This document shows positions 39,505-45,812 of a stretch of DNA of 45,812 bases, piece by piece (within the stretch, counting starts at the first letter, position 1; each line of letters opens with the position of its first letter). This DNA is from Candidatus Woesebacteria bacterium GW2011_GWC1_42_9 (GTDB taxonomy: Bacteria; Patescibacteriota; Microgenomatia; UBA8517). The translations under genes were made by a program, and so were the position numbers. The notes under the pieces were generated by a model. It saw nothing but the letters and a program-made list of their open reading frames with translations. It searched no databases and was not told the origin of the DNA. The DNA is taken from positions 1 to 45,812 of the forward strand of contig LCET01000009.1 in the NCBI GenBank assembly GCA_000995185.1, written 5' to 3'.

Positions 39505-39603
39505 AAAAAAACGCGCCAAAGACGCGCTACTTACCTCGGCGAGATTTACGTTATGAAACGACTCGCTGTCTTTGGTAAAGGTAGTCTAGCAGATTGAAAA
39601 TTA
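39505..39603 (-). promoter_or_regulatory. rplJ leader with a terminator/attenuator-like hairpin and U7 tract
   Basis: The minus strand reads ...AGCGCGTCTTTGGCGCGTTTTTTTG (stem 39527-39512, U-run 39511-39505) immediately before the rplJ start. The position matches the autoregulatory L10 leader. Confidence 0.45.
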
Positions 39604-40359
39604 CTAAGCAACCTCAAGCTTTACCGATGGCCCCATGGAGGAGGCAAGGTAGGCGTCAGCTATCTGATTTTTGGTCACAGCTTCAATGATCGCCTGGGCA
39701 TTATTTACCAAATCAGCTTCATCCCAGCTAACTTTACCAATAACTGTGTGCATAAGCGGGGCCTTCTTTTCAGTTTTCAGATTTATCGTATTTGCGGAAA
39801 ATTTCTTAATTTCTTCTTCGGATTTTATTAGGGTGCCGAGCTTTGGATTTGGCATGAGTCCTTTTGGCCCTAAAATGTGTGCAAAAGGGATTAATTTAGG
39901 CATGAATTCGGGCATAGCAAGGAGGATGTCAAAGTCGATTTTTCCCTTCTTTAATTTCTCAATTGTTTGCTCATTGGCTACTTCCACCCTTTTTTTACTA
40001 GCTGCTTTAGGTAGCTGTACATTTACGGCTAAACCACTCTTTTTTACTTTAAGATGCATTTCTACCGATCCGTCAAAGCTTGAAAACGATGTTTCTTTAA
40101 CTAATTTTATTGCTTCGCTGAGGGAATATTTTTTGCTTTTATCGATTTTGGCTTTAGCCGCCTTATATTTGGCACCGCGTACTTTGGGAGGGCGGACGCG
40201 CTTCTCGGGTTTTTTTTCTTCCGTCTCAACCTTTTCGATAATTGGGCCAGCATCCATCGCCTTGACCCGTTCGCCGCCCTTGAGGCCTGCGATGCGAACC
40301 TTACTCGTTTTGTGCTCTTTTACCTCTTCACTGATTAGTGTAGTCTTTGTTTTACCCAT
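39604..40359 (-). CDS. rplA: 50S ribosomal protein L1 with a ~55-60-aa Lys/Glu-rich N-terminal extension
   Basis: 251 aa. The L1 core begins near YSLSEAIKLVKE and includes KGLMPNPKLGT and MHTVIGKVSW. Confidence 0.95.
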   Translation of the reverse strand: MGKTKTTLISEEVKEHKTSKVRIAGLKGGERVKAMDAGPIIEKVETEEKKPEKRVRPPKVRGAKYKAAKAKIDKSKKYSLSEAIKLVKETSFSSFDGSVEMHLKVKKSGLAVNVQLPKAASKKRVEVANEQTIEKLKKGKIDFDILLAMPEFMPKLIPFAHILGPKGLMPNPKLGTLIKSEEEIKKFSANTINLKTEKKAPLMHTVIGKVSWDEADLVNNAQAIIEAVTKNQIADAYLASSMGPSVKLEVA

Positions 40360-40780
40360 TTTTAATTTTTACCCCCATGCTTCTTGCAGTCCCGGCAACA
40401 ATCTTCTTGGCCGCTTCAGTGTCTTTAGCATTTAAGTCCTGTATTTTGGCCTCGGCAATTTTGGTTAATTGCGCATCTGTGAGCTCTCCGGCGGATTCGC
40501 GGGGAGTGTGGCCGGAGCCCTTTTGGATATTTAGCTCTTTTTTGATCATTTCAGAAACTGGGGCAAGTTTAGTTTCAAAGTCAAAGCTTCGATCCTCATA
40601 AATAGTGATAACTACGGGGACAACCTCGCCTTTTTTATCAGCGGTCTTGTCGTTATATGCTTTAACAAATTCCATGATGGCCACGCCGTGCTGTCCCAAT
40701 AATGGTCCCAGTGGAGGAGCTGGTGTGGCTTCACCGGCTTTTAAGTTTACCTTTACGATAGTTTTTACTTGTTTTGCCAT
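40352..40780 (-). CDS. rplK: 50S ribosomal protein L11
   Basis: 142 aa. Motif VKVNLKAGEATPAPPLGPLLGQHGVAIMEF. Confidence 0.95.
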   Translation of the reverse strand: MAKQVKTIVKVNLKAGEATPAPPLGPLLGQHGVAIMEFVKAYNDKTADKKGEVVPVVITIYEDRSFDFETKLAPVSEMIKKELNIQKGSGHTPRESAGELTDAQLTKIAEAKIQDLNAKDTEAAKKIVAGTARSMGVKIKNG

Positions 40781-40787
40781 AACTTGC

Positions 40788-40816
40788 TAGTTTACCAGCT
40801 CTTGATATTAATTTCC
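40788..40816 (-). promoter_or_regulatory. possible rplK promoter (TTGGAA-18 nt-TAAACT) with the ATG 8 nt downstream
   Basis: The minus strand reads aaTTGGAAattaatatcaagagctggTAAACTagcaagttATG. There is no Shine-Dalgarno before rplK. Confidence 0.3.
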
Positions 40817-40836
40817 AATTCTGGAATACTTGAGGC

Positions 40837-41136
40837 ATGGCAGAGGACAAACAGGAACAGCCACAGTTTGATAAGGAGGAATTTTTTGAGAGCTTGAAGA
40901 CAATGTCCCCAGGACATGAAGAGGCTGAAGATAGAGAGAAGGCGAAAGAAATGGACATAATGAACAAATTGAATGTAGTGGGTATTTACTATAATCCCCG
41001 TATTCAAAGACTTGAAAAAGAAGACGTAGAACGAGCCTTGGAGATACTTCGCAATCAGCATGAGGGTGGGAAGTATGTTGATGAAGTTATTGAACGATTT
41101 AGAACTCTTACTGAATTCGTAAAGCCTAAACCTTAG
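40837..41136 (+). CDS. hypothetical acidic 99-aa protein on the opposite strand between nusG and rplK
   Basis: The ORF has non-repetitive, protein-like composition, while the competing minus-strand ORFs look like AT-rich noise. The Shine-Dalgarno spacing is poor (GAGG 1 nt before the ATG). Confidence 0.45.
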   Translation: MAEDKQEQPQFDKEEFFESLKTMSPGHEEAEDREKAKEMDIMNKLNVVGIYYNPRIQRLEKEDVERALEILRNQHEGGKYVDEVIERFRTLTEFVKPKP

Positions 41137-41803
41137 CTACTTGGAGAAAATCCAAATCCACTGGTGTTTCGCGGCCAAAGATACTTACTAATACTTTTAC
41201 TCTTCCTTTTTCTTCATCTACTTCGTGGATTGTCCCCAAAAAGTCCGAGAACGGACCATCAGTAATTTTAACGGCTTCGCCAATGGAAAGCTTGGTCTTA
41301 AATCTCTTTGCGGGGGTAGAAACGAATTTTTGAATATTGCTCACTTCGCCTTGCGAAAGGGGCGTGGGCTTATTGCCGACTCCCACAAATCCGGTTACTC
41401 CGGGAGTAGTTCTAACTGCAAGCCACGTATTGTCATCCAGAGACATTTTGATGAGTAAGTACCCTGGGAAGATTTTCTCTTTGATAGTGGCCTTTTTGCC
41501 GCTTCGCACGACTACTCGGTCTTGGGTGGGGACCAATAGCTCAAAAATGTTTTTCTCAAGTCCCATGGACTCAACTCTTTGCCTTAAAGTTTCGGAAACG
41601 CGCGCTTCATGACCGCTTGCGGTGTGGACGACATACCATTTGGCTTCTGGGTCGCTTGTTTCGCCAATAACGATGTGGCCCGGGATTTTTTTCTTCCCGG
41701 TCCCGCGCTCGCTAACCCCGTGATCAGAGAGATCTGCGGCTTGGGCGAGCGGAGTTTTTATTTCCTCCTTCTTTTCGACTGGTGCGTCTTTTATATTTTT
41801 CAT
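41126..41803 (-). CDS. nusG: transcription termination/antitermination factor NusG with an N-terminal extension
   Basis: NGN motif WYVVHTASGHEARV. KOW motif GEAVKITDGPFSDFLGTIHEVDEEKGRVKVLVSIFGRETPV. Confidence 0.92.
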   Translation of the reverse strand: MKNIKDAPVEKKEEIKTPLAQAADLSDHGVSERGTGKKKIPGHIVIGETSDPEAKWYVVHTASGHEARVSETLRQRVESMGLEKNIFELLVPTQDRVVVRSGKKATIKEKIFPGYLLIKMSLDDNTWLAVRTTPGVTGFVGVGNKPTPLSQGEVSNIQKFVSTPAKRFKTKLSIGEAVKITDGPFSDFLGTIHEVDEEKGRVKVLVSIFGRETPVDLDFLQVAKV

Positions 41804-42003
41804 CCTGAAATTATTGTTTCAATTAACTTGGTAAAACCAAGATCAAGGGCGGTGAGATAAAGTCCAACAATTGCCGAAATTAATAGTACTGTCGCCGTAA
41901 GCTTCACGACCTCCTCGCGTTTGGGCCAAATAACTTTGCCCAGCTCAGATCTAACTTCGCGAAAATATTGGAATAAACCACCCACAGTGAGTGATTTTAT
42001 CAA
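41800..42003 (-). CDS. secE: preprotein translocase subunit SecE
   Basis: 67 aa. FREVRSELGKVIWPKREEV followed by a single TM helix. Lies immediately upstream of nusG. Confidence 0.85.
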   Translation of the reverse strand: MIKSLTVGGLFQYFREVRSELGKVIWPKREEVVKLTATVLLISAIVGLYLTALDLGFTKLIETIISG

Positions 42004-42194
42004 AAACCCCGTCTCTTTTCAAGCTCGATCTGGTGTCTGATGCGGTACTTCCTCTCTTTTCTTCTTTCGGAGTCTTTTTTGTGGCGTTCGCGGTCCCTTA
42101 GTTCCAATAAAACACCAGAGTCTATAATCTTTTTACGAAATCGGGAAATCAAGCGATCGTCGCTCTCTCCCTTTTTCTTTTTGACTGAAATCAA
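42000..42194 (-). CDS. rpsU: 30S ribosomal protein S21
   Basis: 64 aa. VKKKKGESDDRLISRFRKKIIDSGVLLELRDRERHKKDSERRKERK fits the S21 pattern. TTG start with AAGGAGG 9 nt upstream. Confidence 0.85.
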   Translation of the reverse strand: MISVKKKKGESDDRLISRFRKKIIDSGVLLELRDRERHKKDSERRKERKYRIRHQIELEKRRGF

Positions 42195-42241
42195 TTAGCT
42201 TCGCCTCCTTGTCTGTCATAAAAAACACACTCCTTGGGGGT

Positions 42242-42250
42242 ATTATACCA
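42242..42250 (-). promoter_or_regulatory. extended -10 promoter (TGGTATAAT) upstream of rpsU-secE-nusG
   Basis: The minus strand reads ...ttTGGTATAATaccccc, about 45 nt upstream of the rpsU start. Confidence 0.4.
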
Positions 42251-42267
42251 AAAGGTGCAAGGGGGCA

Positions 42268-42582
42268 TTAGGACAGAAGCAAAGTAACTAGGGAGAGGAT
42301 CACAAAAGCGGCGAGCCAGGCGGCGGTGAAGGTAACCAGTTTAAGGGCGCGTCTTGCCTGGTGTTTTTCCCAAAATAAAATTACTGAATATCCCAAACCA
42401 ATAAGGGATGAGATCAGAGCGGAAGCGATAAAAAGGGATAGAAATACGACTGGACCCAAAAGATTATTCATGGGGCCAAATATTTCATTGCCTTTCCAAA
42501 AAATCACCCCGACAAGGGAGCAGTAGAGGATTATCCCCAGCGCTTGTAGAAAACCAATTTGCCAAAGAGTGAGTTTTTTCAT
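42268..42582 (-). CDS. small membrane protein (3 TM helices), function unknown
   Basis: 104 aa and hydrophobic. Overlaps the upstream SIMPL-like gene by 4 nt. Confidence 0.6.
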   Translation of the reverse strand: MKKLTLWQIGFLQALGIILYCSLVGVIFWKGNEIFGPMNNLLGPVVFLSLFIASALISSLIGLGYSVILFWEKHQARRALKLVTFTAAWLAAFVILSLVTLLLS

Positions 42583-43304
42583 TTCAGTTCAAATGTCACT
42601 GTTGCTGTTTGATAAATTGACGAGCTTCCAGGCTCGACCGGAGTGCTAGTATCAGCCGAGCGCGCTTCCATTAAAGGATAGATTGAGGGAGATGACCCTT
42701 CGGTAACAGTGATGACCTTTCCAAGTTTTCTGTCGCTTGCTTCGGCAATTTTCTCGGCCTTTTCCCGCGCGTCATTAATTGCATCTGCTAAAAGCTCGGC
42801 CTGCTGGGTGTTGGTATCATCAAGCCTGAAATTTGGCCCATAGACATCTGTCGCGCCGCTAGCTGACAAAAGATCGGCTAATTCATCTGTTCGGTCGACA
42901 TCCCGGAGGGCAATTTCAACAGAATTACTGGCTCTCCATTGCCCGGAAGTGGTTCTTGGGGGATAAATTAGCTCCATCATTTCGTCCTTATTAACGCTAA
43001 TGCTTTGTGTTTCTAGGTCGCTATCATTGATCCCGAATTCTTTCAGATCGGCAATTAGCTTTGTCATTTTTTCGTTTACCTCGTTAACGGCGGTGTCTTT
43101 GTCGTCATTTTGAGCGGTGACGCCAGCCGAGAAAGAAGCAATTTGATTTCGCTCGGTTTGTTTTGCTTCACCAGTTACGGTAATAGTTGAGGTGGGGAGA
43201 AGCTCAACCTTTCCCCAGTTCATTTTGTTCCAAGGGAAAAAATAAATTAGAGCAATTAAGAAAGCGATCACAAATAAGTTGGATAAAAGCCTTTGTTTGC
43301 TCAC
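42579..43304 (-). CDS. SIMPL/DUF541-family periplasmic-type protein with an N-terminal anchor
   Basis: 241 aa. TM anchor followed by ITVTGEAKQ...ASFSAGVT...A family-like pattern. Confidence 0.7.
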   Translation of the reverse strand: MSKQRLLSNLFVIAFLIALIYFFPWNKMNWGKVELLPTSTITVTGEAKQTERNQIASFSAGVTAQNDDKDTAVNEVNEKMTKLIADLKEFGINDSDLETQSISVNKDEMMELIYPPRTTSGQWRASNSVEIALRDVDRTDELADLLSASGATDVYGPNFRLDDTNTQQAELLADAINDAREKAEKIAEASDRKLGKVITVTEGSSPSIYPLMEARSADTSTPVEPGSSSIYQTATVTFELK

Positions 43305-43334
43305 GGGATTATTTTATCATATTATGATCTAGGT

Positions 43335-44576
43335 ATGTTAAGGCCCAGAGTGTCTTTATCAAAGATTAGCCCGGATTGGATGAGGGTCATTATTTATACC
43401 ACCCCCATTTTTTTCTATTCTTTTTCTGATTCGATCCTTTCCTATTATGCGCCAATTGCAATCCAAGCCGCTTTCGGGAGCGCGATGATAATGGGCTTGG
43501 TGATGAGTTTCTCTTCAGTTGTTGGACTTGTGACTGACTTTATCTTCCCGCAGATTTTAAAGGAGATTTCGGCGAAGCGCTTATTATTATGGTCCGGGTT
43601 TTTGTCCCTGGCATTTGCCGTGCTTTTGCTTGGGGCAGGTGATAAGCCTTTATACCCGGTGTTTTTACTAGCGATGGCTATCTGGGGGGTATACTACGAG
43701 TTTTTGGGTTTTTCGAAGCAGAAATTTATGGGGACCAAGGTCCCCAGGTCCCTTCACTCTGGAGCAAATGCCTTCATGTTCACCATGAGAGGCGTTTCAT
43801 ATACTTTTGGGCCATTACTGGCTGCGTTTATGTTTGGGATAAGCAGTCAGCTTTTGATCGGGGTTTCCATTGCGATCGCTGTAGTTGGAGTATTTTTGAG
43901 CATATTTACAAATCACAGCAGGGGAGTTCCGGTGGAAGTAGAAGTCCAGCATGTTCATCTGGGGGCGGAGCTTTCGCACTGGAAGGTGCTAATGGTCTCA
44001 GTCTGGCCAATGGTACTTTTGTTTATTGGTTTAGGACTGGTTGACGCCGCCTTTTGGACAACTGGTACGGTACTAAGCCAGAAATTTGCCGAGACGACGG
44101 TACTGGGCGATTTTCTGATCCCAATTTATGTACTACCCGCTTTGATCATCGGCCTTGTAGTTGCTAAATGGAATCCAGTCGAGGGCAAAAAGAAATTGGC
44201 AACATTATTTTTCTTGTTGTCGGGGATATTTTTGGGATTAGTGGGGGTAATTGAAAGCATCCCGTTGATTTTAGTGATGGTCTTTATCTCAAGTGTCTTA
44301 TCCTCGATCTCATATCCATTGGTAGATGCGGTCTTTTCGGACTTGACCGAAAGGATGGGGAAGGAGAGGTTTCACTTGATCGGGCTTACAAATTCTGCGA
44401 CAAGCATCGCCTATATTATTGGCCCCTTGATGGCTGGGTTCATGGCAAGCCGCATGGGGGAGGAAAAAACTTTTGGGGCGCTAGGGGTGATCACGGTTGT
44501 GTTATCGATAATTATTTATTTTGCGACTCCGAGAAAAATCAAGCTTTCGCAGGAAAATATTAAAAAATGGGATTAA
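43335..44576 (+). CDS. MFS-type transporter
   Basis: About 12 TM helices. The ORF track start at 43293 overlaps the divergent gene start, so ATG 43335 is preferred. Confidence 0.7.
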   Translation: MLRPRVSLSKISPDWMRVIIYTTPIFFYSFSDSILSYYAPIAIQAAFGSAMIMGLVMSFSSVVGLVTDFIFPQILKEISAKRLLLWSGFLSLAFAVLLLGAGDKPLYPVFLLAMAIWGVYYEFLGFSKQKFMGTKVPRSLHSGANAFMFTMRGVSYTFGPLLAAFMFGISSQLLIGVSIAIAVVGVFLSIFTNHSRGVPVEVEVQHVHLGAELSHWKVLMVSVWPMVLLFIGLGLVDAAFWTTGTVLSQKFAETTVLGDFLIPIYVLPALIIGLVVAKWNPVEGKKKLATLFFLLSGIFLGLVGVIESIPLILVMVFISSVLSSISYPLVDAVFSDLTERMGKERFHLIGLTNSATSIAYIIGPLMAGFMASRMGEEKTFGALGVITVVLSIIIYFATPRKIKLSQENIKKWD

Positions 44577-44612
44577 TGACCTGTGGGGAGAGGGGAGTTC
44601 CCCACAGGAATT

Positions 44613-44966
44613 CTATTGCTGACGTGCTTTGTAGATCGCATGGATAATTTCATCCATGTGTGTTTTACTGACAAAGCACTCGGCCGACCCGCGATTTGTT
44701 ATCACACTAAATCTGGTGTGATTTTCAAATTGATCGATTTTCAGCCAAGCATCGGAATGGTCCTTAAAAGATGTCGTTACATTTCTAGCTAGAGCATCAA
44801 TGACGGCATCGATTTGGTGATCATTCAGCCCAACTTTATAAAACTCACCATGGGCATTGGTGACATCTATCCAGAGGTATGCCCCATTTCCAGGGTTTTT
44901 GTACGGGAGGATTATAATAGATCCACCGAAAATCCCATAGAAAATGTAGCCACAAATTTCTGACAT
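44613..44966 (-). CDS. hypothetical 117-aa protein
   Basis: Strong AGGAGG Shine-Dalgarno upstream. No family recognised. Confidence 0.6.
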   Translation of the reverse strand: MSEICGYIFYGIFGGSIIILPYKNPGNGAYLWIDVTNAHGEFYKVGLNDHQIDAVIDALARNVTTSFKDHSDAWLKIDQFENHTRFSVITNRGSAECFVSKTHMDEIIHAIYKARQQ

Positions 44967-45100
44967 TTTTCCTCCTTGAGATTTGAAAGTTCCCCTCGAG
45001 ATAGGCCTATATTATACCAAATCTTGCCAAATTCTCATAAAAAACCTATAATATTGCATCAGTAAATTTCGTTCGCAGTTTTACAGATAAGGAGTGGTAA

Positions 45101-45812
45101 ATGTCTGACCAACAAAGTGGTGACGATATCAATCGTGGTGAGGTTAAGATTAATTTGTGGCCCGAGATCAGTCTGCGGATTGGCGAAGAAAGTGTTCCTT
45201 TCGGTGACGGAGGAGCGCTTACGGCGTTGGTCATGAAGCATTCTAGTGATATGCCGGTCATGATATCCCTGGGACTTGCTCTTTCTGATTTAGAGGATTC
45301 TCTTGAAAAATATGATGTACTTTCGGAGAGAGCTCTTGAAGTCGGGTTGCCCAAGGAGGCTGATAGGTTTTTCGGCGTGGCGGCACAAATCCGCCAGTAT
45401 CGCGCGGAAATTTCTCTTTTGCGCCATGCCGTGAGTGGTGTAGTTTTTAGGGACATCACGAATGAACAAAAGAGGCAGATCGATGACCTGGAGGAGTCTA
45501 ACAGTGTCCTTCATGGGGCTTTGGATCGGTGCGAGACGGATCTTAATGAAGCGCTTCGCATTGCGAAGAAGGGCGATCTTGTCGAAACACAGAAGGCGAT
45601 TTGGGGAATTTTGCAATGGCTAGCGGCCGGACTTATCAAGCCTGATGATTTCGAAGAACCTGCGGGGGATGATGAGCCGGAAGAACCGGTGATTGAAGTC
45701 ACCAGAGCTGAAGTGGATGCGGTAGCGCCCTCTGAAGTTGGGATCAGAGTTGAAAATCTCGAGGGTGATGATCTGCCCATCGAGCTTGGTGAAAAACTTG
45801 ATTGGGCTGTTG
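45101..45812 (+). CDS. hypothetical acidic protein, 5' partial CDS running off the window end
   Basis: ATG at 45101 with AAGGAG 7 nt upstream and TATAAT at about 45049. Open for 237 codons to the window end (MSDQQSGDDINRGEVKINLWPEISL...). Not in the ORF track because there is no stop in the window. Confidence 0.6.
   Translation, partial: MSDQQSGDDINRGEVKINLWPEISLRIGEESVPFGDGGALTALVMKHSSDMPVMISLGLALSDLEDSLEKYDVLSERALEVGLPKEADRFFGVAAQIRQYRAEISLLRHAVSGVVFRDITNEQKRQIDDLEESNSVLHGALDRCETDLNEALRIAKKGDLVETQKAIWGILQWLAAGLIKPDDFEEPAGDDEPEEPVIEVTRAEVDAVAPSEVGIRVENLEGDDLPIELGEKLDWAV

Noticed and set aside
39671-40435. 254-aa plus-strand ORF opposite rplA/rplK
   Set aside because: It overlaps two unambiguous ribosomal protein genes. 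It is Ser/Phe/Leu-rich antisense noise.
45046-45780. Three overlapping minus-strand ORFs (137, 108 and 89 aa) from the ORF track
   Set aside because: None has a ribosome-binding site and all are Ser/Arg-rich. The plus strand carries a single long open frame with a Shine-Dalgarno and a promoter, which explains them as antisense artefacts.

Overview
This is a gene-dense, moderately AT-rich bacterial fragment that uses the standard genetic code, since the long housekeeping ORFs are uninterrupted. The gene content suggests a Patescibacteria/CPR-type genome, but that is inference only: comEA/comEC, an O-antigen-ligase+TPR protein, a PEGA protein, excisionase-type HTH proteins, a giant surface protein and extended ribosomal proteins. 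Recognisable core genes are leuS, argS, an M16 peptidase, ndk, a disrupted gpmI, atpFHAGDC without atpB/atpE, rsmI, mreB, a tagA-like gene, uppS, and rpsU-secE-nusG-rplKAJL. I also found tRNA-Pro(CGG) and tRNA-Arg(CCT) by hand. I saw no rRNA, CRISPR array, transposase, integrase or phage genes. Three regions stand out. (1) 33.7-37.6 kb is a tightly coupled five-gene operon: a small HTH, a 7TM protein, an ATP-grasp fused to a retropepsin-like domain, a RimK-like ATP-grasp, and a SAM methyltransferase. This is my best candidate for an uncharacterised peptide-ligase/modification system. (2) 12.0-19.7 kb is a giant surface-protein locus of about 2,500 aa when reconstructed. It has a cytoplasmic HTH and one TM helix at the N-terminus, a seven-blade FG-GAP propeller and a LamG domain. 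It is broken by a 230-bp AT-rich insert and by one frameshift. (3) A secreted protein at 20.0-20.8 kb has a C-terminal hairpin resembling ATP synthase subunit c, and it lies upstream of an F1-heavy atp operon. A GCGGWAAAT-type motif recurs in two long divergent intergenic regions. All family assignments rest on motifs read by eye; no searches were run.
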